A stretch of DNA of 64,000 nucleotides from the NCBI RefSeq assembly GCF_009914755.1, contig NC_060937.1, one strand, 5' to 3'. The notes under the pieces are model-generated. The model was not told where the DNA came from. It searched no databases and saw only the letters and a program-made list of their open reading frames with translations. Position numbers and translations under genes: made by a program. Each line of letters begins with the position of its first letter. Positions within the stretch are counted from its first letter, which is position 1. Shown here in pieces: positions 38,948 through 56,702 of the stretch. The stretch is from the human T2T-CHM13v2.0 reference genome, Homo sapiens.

Positions 38948-40008
38948 GCTGGAGCTTCTGGTGGGTGGACCATGCTGGAGCTTCTGGTGGGTGGGCGATG
39001 CTGGAGCTTCTGGTGGGTGGACGATGCTGAATCTTCTGGTGGGTGGACCATGGTGGAGCTTCTGGTGGGTAAATAATGCTGGAGCTTCTGGTGAGTAGAC
39101 CATGGTGGAGCTTCTGGTGGGTGGACCATGTTGGGGCTTCTGGTGGGTGAACCATACTGGAGCTTCTGGTAGGTGGACCATGGTGGAGCTTCTGGTGGGT
39201 AGACCATGGTGGAGCTTCTGGTGGATGGACCATGCTGAGCTTCTGGTGGGTGAAGCATGCTGGAGTTTCTGGTAGGTGGACCATAGTGGAGCTTCTGGTG
39301 GATAGACCATGGTGGAGCTTCTGGTGGGTGGAGCATGCTGGAGCTTCTGGTGGGGTAAATCATGCTGGAGCTTCTGGTGGGTAAATCATGCTGGAGCTTC
39401 TGGTGAGTAGACCACGGTGGAGCTTCTGGTGGATAAATTATGCTGGAGCTTCTCGTGGGTAAATCATGCTGGAGCTTCTGGTGGGTGGACCATGCTGGAG
39501 CTTCTCATGGGTAAATTATGCTGGAGCTTCTGGTGGGTGGACCATGCTGGAGCTTCTGGTGAGTGGACCATGCTGGAGCTTCTGGTGGGTGGATCATGCT
39601 GGAGCTTCTGGTGGATGGACCATGCTGGAGCTTCTGGTGGGTGGACAATGCTGGAGCTTCTGGTGAGTAGACCATAGTGGGAGCTTCTTGGAGGTAAATT
39701 ATGCTGGAGCTTCTGATGGGTGGACCATGCTGGAGCTTCTGGTGGGTGGACCATGGTGGAGCTTCTGGTGGGTAAATTATGCTGGAGCTTCTGGTGAGTA
39801 AATCATGCTGGAACCTCTGGTGGGTAAATCATGCTGGAGCTTCTGGTGGGTAAATTATGTTGGAGCCTCTGGTGGGTAAATCATGCTGAAGCTTCTGGTG
39901 GGTAAATCATGCTAGAGCCTCTGGTGGGTAAATCATGCTGGAGCCTCTGGTGGGTAAATCATGCTGGAGCCTCTGGTGGGTAAATCATGCTGGAGCCTCT
40001 GGTGGGTG
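38948..40008 (+). repeat. 26-bp minisatellite, about 41 copies
   Basis: Unit tggagcttctggtgggtggaccatgc. Confidence 0.95.
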
Positions 40009-40368
40009 GGGGTATCCACACACCTGTGGGTGCCCATTGATAGTGGGGACTTCACCCCATGTCCCAGAATCCTGCAAGGAGGCCACACGCCCCATACATT
40101 CTTTACAGTAAGTTAATACGTCCACAGCACGCTGTGCATTTCCCCAAAAATGACATTGGCCAATTACACTTTCAAATCACATGCCTTCCTGATGGGCAAA
40201 ACTGGAAATGTGAACACACTTTAATCCTCAGATAATGTAATGGTTTACATCTGGGGCTCTTCAGGCAGCCCATGGCTGGTTCACGTTGCTCCCTTCCAAG
40301 AAATGTTTTGCAGTATGTGTCTTGATTAATAACGATTTAAACATGGAAAATAAATGCTTTCCTCTTAG

Positions 40369-40432
40369 GCGTCCACCTGTCTATCACCTGGAGTCTGGGA
40401 GGATGGCCCTTCTTTTCAACGGCATTCGCCAA
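40369..40432 (+). pseudogene. Exon remnant, LamG domain II (ALxFxG strand)
   Basis: ctttcctcttag|; RPPVYHLESGRMALLFNGIRQ; donor is non-canonical or mutated (gccagt); phase 2-0. Confidence 0.55.
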
Positions 40433-40527
40433 GCCAGTCTCCATGAATCACTGACAGAATCCTCTAATGGTTTCCTTTTTTGTTGTTGTTGTTTAACACT
40501 TAAGCATTGTTGTTGTTTAACACTTAA

Positions 40528-40734
<207 letters not shown>

Positions 40735-40939
40735 TAGCCAGGATAGTCTCGATCTCCTGACCTCGTGATCCACCAGCCTCTGCCTCCCAAAGTGCTGGGA
40801 TGACAGGCGTGAGCCACTGTGCCCAGCCTTTTTTTTTTTTTTTTTTTTTTTAGAACAGTCCATTTGTCCCTGGAAAGCTGCATATATATTTGTATATAAT
40901 AATGTTGGAATTTCATTTATTTATTTATTTATTTTTTGA

Positions 40940-41044
<105 letters not shown>

Positions 41045-41481
41045 TGAGTAGCTGGGTTGACAGGCATCTGCAACAACGCCCGGATAATTTTTTTGTATCT
41101 TTTTTTCAGTAGAGACGGGGTTTCACCATGTTAGCCAGGATGGTCTTGATCTCCTGACCTCGTGATCCACCTGCCTCGGCCTCCCAACCCAAAGTGCTGG
41201 GATTACAGGCATCACCCACCGTGGGGGCCTTTTTTTTTTTTTTTAGAACAGTCCATTTGTCCTTGGAAAGCTGCATATATATTTGTATATAATAATTTGG
41301 AATTTCATTTATTTATTTATTTATTTTTTGAGACAAAATCTCTCTCTTGTTGCCCAGTCTGGAGTACAGTGGTGTGATCTCCCGCCTCCCGGGTTCAAGC
41401 GATTCTCCTGCCTCGGTCTCCTGAGTAGGAGGTGTGTTACATGGGAATATTGTGTGATGTTCGGGTTTGGGGTACAAGTGA

Positions 41482-41757
<276 letters not shown>

Positions 41758-42336
41758 TAGCTAATTTAAAAAAAAAAATTGTAAAGATGACGTCTTGCCA
41801 TGTTGCCGGTCTCAAGCTCTTGCGCTCAAACCTTCCACCTGCTACAGCCTCTTAAAGTGCTGGGATTACAGGTGTGAGCCACCTCACCCAGCCAAACACG
41901 CCAGACACTTTGCATTTGCTCAATAAGGCTTCGTGGCTATTTGAGGTTTTCAACCCTAGCCTCCCTCCCTTCCTCCCTCCCTCCCTCTCTTCTGCTAGTC
42001 CCCCAGCTTCTGTTGTTCCCATGTTTATATCCACGTATATCCAACACTTAGCTCCCACTTATAAGTTGAGAACATGCAGGATTTGTTTCTGTGTTCCTGT
42101 GATAATGATCTTAGGATAATATTCCCCAGCTGCATCCAGGTTGCCACAAAGGACGTGATTTCTTTCTTCCTTATAGCGTATTCCATGGCAAAGCTACATA
42201 TTTCAAAGTACTTCAGTGATGTAATTCACACCAATACATCAATAACGAGATAAATAAATAACCTAAGGCATTTTTTTCAGTGTTTGCCGTCGGAGTAATG
42301 AGCGCACCCAATCTGGTTGTAATTTTTCTCTCCCAG

Positions 42337-42436
42337 TTTGCTGAGCAGAGAGGCCCAGCTTTTTCCAATGTGACTTGGGGCAAATTCACCTGGCCGGTCA
42401 GCTCAAGAGACAGAGATTAAGCCGCACTACAGCCAG
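42337..42436 (+). pseudogene. Exon remnant, LamG domain II
   Basis: tttttctctcccag|...|gtactg, 100 nt, phase 0-1: FAEQRGPAFSNVTWGKFTWPVSSRDRD*AALQP. Confidence 0.6.
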
Positions 42437-42520
42437 GTACTGTTTCCAAGAAACTCAAGACTCCTTCCTCTGGCCCTGTGCACAGAGACAGCTGAGGATA
42501 AGACACCACCTTTACTTTAA

Positions 42521-42859
<339 letters not shown>

Positions 42860-42940
42860 TGATCCACCCGCCTCTGCCTCCCAAAGTGCTGGGATGACAG
42901 GCGTGAGCCACTGGTGCCTGGCCTATTTATTTATTTTTGA

Positions 42941-43222
<282 letters not shown>

Positions 43223-43684
43223 TAAATAGCAGAATCCCCCTCAAAGAGCACCAGCCACTGTCTCTATAACTGGCCCACAGGGTCTCTTTGGGATGATTTT
43301 AAAACCCAGCACAACGAAGGGCCGGGCGAGGTAGCTCACGCCTGTAATCCCAGCACTTTGAGAGCCCAAGGCGGGTGGATCATCTGAGGTCAGGAGTTCA
43401 AGACCAGCCTGACCAACATGGTGAAACCCCGTCTCTACTAAAAATACAAAAATTAGCCTGGCGTGGTGGTGGGCGCCTGTGACCCCAGCTACTCGGGAGG
43501 CTGAGGCAGGAGAATCACTTGAACCTGGGAGGCGAGCCCAGATCGCACCGTTGCAGTCCAGCCTGGTGACAGCAAGGCTTCATCTCAAAAGATAAATAAG
43601 TGAAGAAATAAATAAATGTAAAATAAAATAAAATAAAATAAAAACAGTAAAGGAGTGAAGCTCTGAGACAGGCTACAATGTTTA

Positions 43685-44110
<426 letters not shown>

Positions 44111-44161
44111 TCAGGAGATCAAGACCGGCCTGGCCAACATGGTGAAACCCCATCTCTACTA

Positions 44162-44404
<243 letters not shown>

Positions 44405-44438
44405 TCACAAGTTCAGGAGATCGAGACCATCCTGGCTA

Positions 44439-44597
<159 letters not shown>

Positions 44598-45015
44598 CTA
44601 CAGCCTGGGCAAGAGAATGAGTCTCTGTCTCAAAAATAAATAAATAACAATAAATAATTAATAAACACAGTGGAGATGCTCCAAACCCGCCAAGACTAGG
44701 CTGTTCCTCCTCGGGGAACACGTGGGCAGATGCTGAACCGGGAAGGCCCCAAGACGTTGCAGGGTGAGTAATTTCCGAGCATGCAATTATAAAGAACCGG
44801 AGTGCAACAGCTCCCCAAGGCACCCCCGGATTCCCGCAGCGTGCACGTAATTGCAGCCAGACAGTAACCTCGCTGTGGCCTGTGTCCCAGCCCTAACCCT
44901 GCACCCCACTTGGCACTCCCACATATGGGACAATTTTCCCAGCTGATTGCTGGAAACTGATGAAGGGAAGTTATGTGGCCTCTTGTGATGGGCGGTCCCA
45001 CAGCTGCTCTGGTTG

Positions 45016-45052
<37 letters not shown>

Positions 45053-45528
45053 GGAGAGAGAGAGAGACAGGGAAGAGAGAGAGAGAGAGAGACAGAGAGG
45101 GGAGAGAGAGAGAGATGGGGAGAGAGAGGGGAGAGAGAGAGACGGGGAAAGAGAGGGGAGAGAGAGAGAAAGAGAGGGGAGGGGGGAGAGAAAGAGACAG
45201 AGGGGAGAGGGGGGAGAGAGAGAGACGGGAGAGAGACAGGGGGGAGAGAGAGAGACGGGAGAGGGAGGGGAGAGAGAGACGGGAGAGGGAGGGGAGAGAG
45301 AGAGACACAGAGACAGAGAGACAGGGGAGAGAGAGACAGGAGAGAGGGAGGAGAGAGACAGAGACAGGGAGAGAGAGAGAGACAGAGAGAGAGAGAGGGG
45401 AGAGAGAGAGAGGGGAGAGAGAGACGGGAGAGGGGAGAGAGAGAGACAGAGGAGAGAGAGCGGAGAGAGAGAGACAGAGAGAGAGAGACAGGGGAGAGAG
45501 AGGGGGGAGAGAGACACAGAGAGAGACA
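45016..45528 (+). repeat. (GA)n/G-rich polypurine tract
   Basis: Direct inspection; ends ~40 bp upstream of exon 45568. Confidence 0.95.
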
Positions 45529-45567
45529 GCTCTCCTGGAAGATATTTTCTCTCTGTTCCAATTCCAG

Positions 45568-46289
<722 letters not shown>

Positions 46290-46398
46290 TAAGAAAAAAA
46301 TCGGGGCCGGGCACAGTGGCTCATGCCTGTAATCACAGCAGTTTGGGAGACCGAGGCAGGTGGATCACGGGGTCAGGAGTTCGAGACCATCTTGGCTA

Positions 46399-46620
<222 letters not shown>

Positions 46621-47249
46621 TCACTGTATTGCCCAGGCTGGTCTCAAACTCCTGGGCTCCAGTGATCCTTCTACCTTTATTTTATGGAGAGAAATATGCA
46701 ATTTTTACATAGTGCTTTTGTTTTAAAATGCAGCTTGATCCTCAGACAATGAGAGGCAGGCATTTTACAGAAGAGACATCAGAACTTTCTAGAAGGTGGG
46801 TGATTTTTCAGTGAGTATTCAGAGAATAAGTTGCAAAACAGAGGAAATGGCAACTTCTGAGCCTAAATTCAAGGGTTGGCCGAGCACAGTGGCTCACACC
46901 TGTCATCCCAACACTTTGGGAGGCCAAGGCGGGCATATCACCTGGGGTCAGGAGTTCGAGACGAGGCTGACCAACACGGTGAAAACCTGTCTCTACTAAA
47001 AATACCAAAATTAGCAAGGCATGGTGGTGGGTGCCTGTAGTCACAGCTACTCAGGAGGTTAAGGCATGAGAATCACCTGAACCTGGGAGGCAGAGGTTGC
47101 AGTGAGCCGAGATTGTGCCACTGCACTCCAGCCTGGGAGACAGAGCGAGACTCCATCTCCAATACATACATACATATATACATAAAATTAAGAGTTGTTC
47201 AGCCATGTTGTCCCCAGTCCCCAAACTCTTAACTTTTTGCGTTTCATAG

Positions 47250-47363
47250 AAAGTGCTAGGATTTACAAGGATGCCACTACCCTCGGCAGCCCACTAAGAT
47301 GAAAGTGAGATGCCACCTGTGATGGTCATTGGAGCACCTTGCCACCCTCCTCAATGGGCACCG
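47250..47363 (+). pseudogene. Exon remnant, LamG domain II (IYxD and IG strands)
   Basis: actttttgcgtttcatag|...|gtgagg; [15 protein letters not shown], frameshift, DESEMPPVMVIGAPCHPPQWAP. Confidence 0.6.
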
Positions 47364-47429
47364 GTGAGGAGGGTGACAGGTGCTTGGAGTTCCTGTGGGT
47401 TCTGGGATTCCAAGCTGTCACAGCGATAA

Positions 47430-47969
<540 letters not shown>

Positions 47970-48370
47970 TAAGGCATGCAGAAACTCAGTCAGCTCCACA
48001 GATCTGAGATCTAAATGAGCAGTGCAACCTTGCTTATGGAGACTCGGGCAGGCAGGGAGAACAGAGTCTTGGCCCAGGCCACCAAGGAGGAGGCAAGATG
48101 CCAGATGGAGAAGGGGTTGCCCCAAGCCCCAGGTTGACATGGAAGTTGGGAACAGCCAAGCAGAGAATCTCAGGATCTCCATGGAGGCTAAGAACCTTTC
48201 ATTGGAGATTCAACTTTTGCAATAAGCAGTGCTGGGTTACATAAGTGCCTAATTAAGACCCTTGGAACTAATTATATAGGACAGAGAGGAGGTGATGGTG
48301 AAGACGTGAGATTCTAAGCTGTGATGATACTTACCAAGTGAGAGGATCAAGACCCACCGATGAACTCCTG

Positions 48371-48990
48371 GTAGTAGAGAGAGGATAGGCAGATAGACAG
48401 CTAGCTAGACAGATAGATAGATGACAGATAATTGATACATAGATTATAGATTTAATAGATAAATACACAGAGAATACATTAGATAGATGAATGGATAGAT
48501 GGATGAATGGATAGACACAGACATAGATAGATAGGTGGTCTTCATGTAAAGACAAGGTGTTTCTTCTGGAAGATTCATCAGGAAGGCGCCATCTTGGAGG
48601 CAAAGGAGAGCCCTCATCAGGGCTGTTTATCTATCCACCTACCTATCTATCAATATTTATTGATAGATAGGTAGGTGGATAGATAGATACATAGATGATT
48701 GATTGATAGATATAGATGATGAATATATAGATAGATGATAGATGATTGATAGTTGATAGATGATTGATAGAAAGATGATAGATGTTAGATACATAGATGA
48801 TAGATTGATGATAGGTAGATGATAGATGAATATATAGATAAATGATAGATGATTGATATATAGATGATAGATGATTGATAGAAAGATGATAGATGTTAGA
48901 TATATAGATACATAGATAGATAGTAGATAGATAAATTGATTGATAGATGATAGATAGGTAATAGACAGATAGGAACTCTCCAGTCAGCCT
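48371..48990 (+). repeat. GATA-type array with inverted inserts
   Basis: Direct inspection. Confidence 0.9.
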
Positions 48991-49189
48991 AGACTTAGCT
49001 AGTCAAGGTCCCATCTGTAGAGTTTCCAGGTGAACGTCATCTCTATTAGCCATTGAGTCCACGTAAATCATGTATCTGCATCTGCCTGGATTTGTTTTCA
49101 CTGCTAGAACAGAGTCCCTAAGACTGTGTGGTTTATACAGAGCAGAGATGTATTTACTCCTGGTTCTGAAGGAGGAGAAGTCCAAGATG

Positions 49190-49622
49190 GAGGCACCAGC
49201 AGATTCCATATCTGATGAGGGCTGTTCTTTGACTCCAAGATGGCACATTCCTGCTGAATCTTCCAGAAGGAAGAAACCCCTTGTCCTTAGATGAAGACCA
49301 AGGCACCAGAAGATTCCATATCTGATGAGGGCTGTTCTTTGCCTCCAAGATGGCACCTTCCTGATGAATCTTCCAGAAGGAAGAAACACCTTGTCTTTAC
49401 ATGAAGACCAAGGCACCAGCAGATTCCATATCTGATGAGGGCTGTCCTTTGCCCCCACGATGGTGCCTTCCTGATGAATATTCCAGAAGGAAGAAACACC
49501 TTGTCCTTACATGAAGACCAAGGCACCAGCAGATTCTATATCTGATGAGTGCTATTCTCTGCCTCCAAGATGGCACCTTCCTGCTAAATCTTCCAGAAGG
49601 AAGACACACCTTGTCCTTACAT
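49190..49622 (+). repeat. 110-bp tandem repeat x4 inside a MaLR (MLT1/MST-like) LTR
   Basis: atgaagacca at 49291, 49401 and 49511 (period 110). Confidence 0.9.
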
Positions 49623-49627
49623 GGTAA

Positions 49628-49972
<345 letters not shown>

Positions 49973-50479
49973 TGATCTTGAACCCCTGACCTCATGATCC
50001 ACCCACCTCGGCCTCCCAAAATGCTGGGATTACAGGCATGAGCCACCGTGTCCGGCCAGGAAGCCTCTTTCCTAAGGACCTTAAGCCCATTCATGAGAAA
50101 GATGCCACCATGGCCTGATCACCCCTTTTTAAATTCACGTTATGTTATGTTATTTTGTTTTTGTTTTTTATTTTTTTGACACAAGGTCTGGCTATATCAC
50201 CCAGGCTGGAGTGAAGTGGTATCATCTCAGCTTACTACAACCTCTGTCTACTGGGCTCAAACGATCTTCCCACCTCAGCCTCCCAGGTAGCTAGGACTAC
50301 AGGCATGCACCACCATGCCCAGCTCACTTTTGTACTTTTTATAGAGACAGGGGGTTCATCATGTTGCCCAGGCTGGTCTCAAACTCATGAGCTCAGGCAA
50401 TCTTACTTCCTCCGACTCCCAAAGTCCTGGGATTACAGGCCTGAGCCACTGTGCTGCCCCTCTTTTTTTTTAGTTTTAA

Positions 50480-50635
<156 letters not shown>

Positions 50636-50823
50636 TAGCTAGGATTACAGGCACTTGCTACTACGCCCGGCTAATTTTTGTATTTTTAGTAGAGACAGGG
50701 TTTCACCACTTTGGTCAGGCTGGTCTTGAACTTCTGAGCTCAGGCAATCTGCCTGCCTCTGCCTCCCAAAGTCCTGGGATTACAGTCCTGAGCCACTGTG
50801 CGGCTCCTCTTTTTTTATTTTAA

Positions 50824-51156
<333 letters not shown>

Positions 51157-51160
51157 TAAG

Positions 51161-51359
51161 TGACTCCATGGGGGACCCATGCAGCCAGCAGCATCTCGGC
51201 TTTTTCTCCCTGGAAGGTGTCTGCAGGAAACCAGCATCCCAGTTAACTTCAGACGCGAGAGTGTTGATTATACACTCAAGGCCCCACATTAGGGAAGTTT
51301 GTGAGTCACAGCCCCACACTGGGTCTCCCAGGGATCAACAAGATCCACAAACCAGCATG
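51161..51359 (+). pseudogene. Exon remnant, end of domain II and start of domain III (tentative)
   Basis: ctttgcttttcttaag|...|gttagg; frame 0 reads [25 protein letters not shown]...[17 protein letters not shown]. Confidence 0.4.
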
Positions 51360-51727
51360 GTTAGGACAAGTGGTTTTACAGTCCTTTTTTTTTTTTTTTT
51401 TTTTTTTTTTGTGAGATGGAGTCTTGCTCTGTCGCCCAGGCTGGAGTGCAGTGGCGCGATCTCGGCTCACTGCAACCTCCACCTCCTGGGTTCATGCCAT
51501 TCTCCTGCCTCAGCCTCCTGAATAGCTGGGACTACAGGCTCCCACGACCACGCCCGCCTAATGTTTTTTTGTACTTTAGTAGAGACAGGGTTTCACTGTG
51601 TTAGTCAGGATGGTCTCGATCTCCTGACCTCATGATCTGCCCGCCTCGGCCTCCCAAAGTGCTGGCATTACAGGCGTGAGCCACTGTGTCGCCCTTTTTT
51701 TTCCTTCTTTTTAATTCCTTTTTTTGA

Positions 51728-51835
<108 letters not shown>

Positions 51836-52335
51836 TAGCTGGGACTATAGGTGCCCGCCACCACGCCCGGCTAATTTTTTTTTTTTTTTTGTATTTTAGT
51901 AGAGATGCGGTTTCACCGTGTTAGCCAGGATGGTCTCTATCTCCTGACCTTGTGATCCGTCCGCCTCGGCCTCCCAAAGGGCTGGGATTACAGGCATGAG
52001 CCACCGCACCCGGCCCCTTACAGTCCTTTTTAACTCACTTCTAGAAGAAACCATCTCAGCCGCTTTTACACATCTGCAGCTGAGACAAGTGTGGGGCACA
52101 GGTTTCCCTGGTGACCCAAGGAAGGGATCAAATTGCTGTGTCCACTTTGCAACACCAGCATCTACCAGGTACTGCGAGGCAGAAGCTCAAAACCATGCAT
52201 GACTTTCCTTGGCTTTTTTTTTTTTTTAATAAACCTCTGTTCAAAAATAAACTTAACACGTTTTTCTGAGCAGCCTGAACCTGTTCCCAATTTCTTGTCC
52301 ACACAATAAAAAATATACAAGTGCATTATTTTAAG

Positions 52336-52515
52336 GGTGACTCTAGCTGACCTTTCTGTGGGGAGAAAAACGGCACCTGCCTGGAGCCAGAAGCGTGTTC
52401 GGAGAGTTTGATGGCGTTTGATGTTAAGGCAGGGGCCACCTGGGTCGGCCTGTCATCGAATGACGTTTTCACACCAGTCCCCAAAACAGGAGATCTGGAA
52501 AATCTGACATCCAAG
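52336..52515 (+). pseudogene. Exon remnant, LamG domain III N-terminal part
   Basis: attattttaag|...aag|gtttta, 180 nt, phase 0-0: GDSS*PFCGEKNGTCLEPEACSESLMAFDVKAGATWVGLSSNDVFTPVPKTGDLENLTSK. Confidence 0.5.
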
Positions 52516-53039
52516 GTTTTAGATCTTGGCTTAGAAAAACAGACATTCCAAGATGCCTGAAGTGTTTAAGTGGCTATTGCTAATTGGATAGTGTTGACTG
52601 TGGAAGTAATGGATCCCAAATTGAAATGGGAGATTAGATGATTAGACGTATTCTCCAGATGCTTACAAAAACAATTATGTGTGTGCGTGTGTGTGTGGAG
52701 AGAGAGAGAGAGAAAGGTATATAGACAGACTGGGCGCGGTGGCTCACGCCACTAATCCCAGCACTTTGGGAGGCCGAGGCGGGCAGATCACCTGAGGTCA
52801 GGAGTTTGAGACAAGCCTGGACAACATGATGAAAACCCGTCTCTACTAAAAATACAAAAATTGGCTGGGCGTGGTGGTCTGTAAAAAATTGACTGGGCCT
52901 GTAGTCCCAGCTACTCGGGAGGCTGAGGCAAGAGAATCACTTGAACCCGGGAGGGTGGAGGTTGCAGTGAGCTGAGATCGTGCCACTGCATTCCAGCTTG
53001 GGTGGCAGAATAATACTGTCTCAAAAAAAGCAAAAAAGG

Positions 53040-55235
53040 ATATATAGATAGACAATAGACATATTCTATTACAGATGGAAAGAAATAAACTAAATAGGTT
53101 AAACTAGATAGAAATAGATAACTGTTAGAACGAGATAGATGGTAGGTATATAATTAATAGAAAAGACATAAATTAGGACAATTAAATGATAGACCTAGGT
53201 AAATACATAAATGATAGATAGATAACAGATATATTATTAATACATAGGAATAGGTGAGTTAAATTACATAAATGATAGAGATAGGTAGATAAATATATGA
53301 CAGATATATAGAGAGATAACTGGATAGATGCATAGATGATAGAGAGCTAGATAGGCAGATAATGGAGGGATGATAGGCAAATAGATACAGGGATAGATGA
53401 TAGGTAGACAACTGATACATAGATTATAGATTTGATACATAAATATATAGATAAATGGATGGATAATAGAGGATGGATATATAGTAGATGATAAATAGTA
53501 GAGAGCTGATAGGTAGACAGCTAGCTAGGCGGATAGATGATAGGTAGAGGGATAATTGATACATAGATTATAGATTCAATAGATAAATACATATATAGAT
53601 AGATGGATAGATGGATGGATAATAGATAGATGATGGATATATAGTAGACTATAGATAGTAGAGAGATGGTAGGTGGATAGACAGCTAGCTAGCTAGATGG
53701 AGAGATGATAGGTAGATAAGTGATACATAGATTATAGATTCAACAGATAATGCATTAGATAGATAGGTGGATAGACGGCTACAGGGATAGATGATAGGTA
53801 GATAGATAATTGATACATAGGTTACAGATTCAATAGATAAGTGCATATATAGATAGATGGATAGATGGATGGATAATAGATAGATGATGGATATATAGTA
53901 GACGATAGATACTAGGGAGATGATAGGTAGACAGCTAGCTAGACGGATAGATGATAGGTAGATAATTGATACATAGATTATAGATTCAATAGATAAATAG
54001 ATAATACATTAGATGGATAGATAGATCAATAGGTAGGTAGGTAGATAGCTACAGGGATAGGTGATAGGTAGATAATTGATACATAGGTTATAGATTCAAT
54101 ACATAAATACATATATAGATAGATGGATAGATTGATGGATGGATGATAGAGGATGGATATATAGTAGATGATAGATAGATAGTAGAGAGATGATAGGTAG
54201 ATAGATGGCTAGCTAGCCAGACAGATAGATGATAGGTAGATAATTGATACATAGATTATAGATTCAATAGATAAATACATAGATTAGATAATACATTAGA
54301 TAGATAGGTAGGTAAGTTGATAGATAGCTACTGGGATAGATGATAGGTAGATAGATAATTGATACACAGATTATAGATTCAATAGATAAATACATATATA
54401 GATACATGGATGGATGGATGATAGATACATGATGGATATATAGTAGATGATAGTAGAGAGATGATAGGTAGATAGACGGCTAGCTAGCCAAACAGTTAGA
54501 TGATAAGTAGATAATTGATACATAGATTATAGATTCAATAGAGAAATACATAGATTAGATAATACATTAGATAGGTAGATAGGTAAGTTGATAGCTACAG
54601 GGATAGATGATAGGTAGATAATTGATACATACGTTATAGATTCAATAGATAAATACATATATAGATGGATAGATGGATGGATGCATAGATGGATGGATGA
54701 TAGATGATGGATATATAGTAGATGATAGATAGATAGTAGAGAGATGATAGGTAGATAGACAGCTAGCTAGCCAGACAGATAGATGATAGGTAGATAGTTG
54801 ATACATAGGTTATAGATTCAATAGATAAATACATAGATAGATAATACATTAGATGGATGGATAGATAGATGTATAGATAGATAGCTGGATAGAGAGATAG
54901 CTACAGGGATAGATGATAGGTAGATAGATAATTGATACATAGATTATAGATTCAATAGATAAATACATAGATTACATAATACATTAGATGGATAGATAGG
55001 TAGATAGGTAAGTCGATAGATAGCTACAGGGATAGATGATAGGTAGATATACAATTGATACATAGATTATAGATTCAATAGATAAATACATATATAGATG
55101 GATAGATGGATGGATGGATGATAGATGATGGATATATAGTAGATGATAGATGATTGATAGATGATAGATGTTAGATAGATTATATATAAATAGATCAATA
55201 GGTCGATAGATGATAGATGGGTAATAGATAGACAG
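53040..55235 (+). repeat. Complex GATA-derived array with higher-order units
   Basis: Recurring ataattgatacatagattatagattcaatagataaatac, cagctagctag and gctacagggatag blocks. Confidence 0.95.
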
Positions 55236-55278
55236 AAACTCCCCAGTCTGCCTAAGATATTTTCTGTTATTTTATAAG

Positions 55279-55353
55279 ACATAACCCTCATGAGTTCTTT
55301 TGTATCTGCTGCTGCTGTTATTCTGAAAATAGTGTAAAGTTTTGGAGTTTCAG
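55279..55353 (+). pseudogene. Possible exon remnant, domain III
   Basis: tgttattttataag|...cag|gtacaa, 75 nt: ITLMSSFVSAAAVILKIV*SFGVS; weak motif and phase mismatch with the previous exon. Confidence 0.3.
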
Positions 55354-55568
55354 GTACAAGAGGACCCTGCAGATATCAGCCACCTGCTTTTCCCTCCCTT
55401 CCTGGGGATGTTCGGTTCTGCCTAACACGCACTCTCTGGTACATCCCTGTGGGTCTCAGAGCCGCCCCCTCCTTGTCTGCAAAGAGGGAGGTGCGGTACC
55501 CACTCCGGGGACCCCCTTCATCCTTGGGGCACTCAGCGTGTGAGTCAGCTTGGCCTTCTCCTTCACAG

Positions 55569-55718
55569 ACAAGTGTCATTGTCACAAGAGAGCGTGGGCC
55601 ATTCAGAGGACTCTCACCCTCATGAGGCTGGCATTGCGTGTCACCGCGTTGGAGCCAGAGAGAACCTCAAAACGCATGGGCCCTGCTTCCCTCTTCTCAG
55701 AAATGAGGAGAACCTCTG
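55569..55718 (+). pseudogene. Exon remnant, domain III (WHxV strand)
   Basis: ccttctccttcacag|...|gtagag, 150 nt: TSVIVTRERGPFRGLSPS*GWHCVSPRWSQRE. Confidence 0.45.
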
Positions 55719-55813
55719 GTAGAGATGACTTTTGGGGGCTCGTGGGGTCGGTGCAGAGGGGGTGTCTGGGGCCGAGCTGGGACCCGGCTGTCAGGAGCCT
55801 CTTTACACTTCAG

Positions 55814-55942
55814 GTTGTCTGTGCCCGAGCAGATCCTGGGCTGTTGAATCATGGTAGGCAAACCACAGAACGATCTTTTGGGGTGAAACCTCAGGCTCTG
55901 TTCACTCACTGGCATCGTCAAATCACACCTGCAAAGAGCTGA
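55814..55942 (+). pseudogene. Exon remnant, domain III C-terminus (3' end undefined)
   Basis: ctctttacacttcag|; VVCARADPGLLNHGRQTTERSFGVKPQALFTHWHRQITPAKS*, resembling IGR..SFxG..IWxRxLTPAE. Confidence 0.5.
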
Positions 55943-56526
55943 CAAACTATTCCCTAAGCACAGAAATCCTCATGCTTATTTGCGGCCATTCCGAGCCCTG
56001 CAGGTGGCTAGGGAGAGAGCCATAAGGTATTTCTTGTGGCGGGGGCGGGGGGCCCTCTCTGGCATTCCCAGGGCTGCCCCCAGGACCTGGAATCAAGCAG
56101 GAGAAAGAAGGACATAACCGAGAGAAGGCTTCCTCTCCGTGAGGCCGTGGAGTCCGGCCCTGGCGGAAAATAAACTTCTTAATACGATTGAGATCAACAG
56201 ACAGGGCTTTTCTCTGTGATACATTTAAGCAAATTGAATGCAATTACCTCAATTGAATTCAGAGCAAGGCCTGCCCTGACCTTCCCTGAAGCGTTCTGCC
56301 CACTTGGAGAGCAGGCTGGGGCACACATGACATCATCTGGACAATTTGCACATATTTATACAATTTGTCATGATGCGGTCTGCACAGGCTAGAGGCTGCG
56401 AGGTTTGCCTCCAGCACCGCTGTGAAATCAGGCCTGTGAAAATCACGTGCTGGACATATCTCTTGTGTGTGCTATTTACTTCGAATTCAAGTGTACCTAG
56501 TCACTAGTGGGGGGAGTGGGGTGGAT

Positions 56527-56572
<46 letters not shown>

Positions 56573-56702
56573 CGGGCAGAAGATGCAAATCCGTTGATAC
56601 AAATCAACAAGCAATATTATGGTATAAGGGAGGGAAATAAAGCCAGCAGGTGCTATAATACATGTCAAAAAAAAATCTGTTTTATGCTTATGCCACTGTA
56701 AG

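Noticed and set aside
38713-39754. Repetitive ORFs and a CRISPR-like look of the 26-bp array
   Set aside because: Head-to-tail minisatellite with no unique spacers, in eukaryotic DNA.
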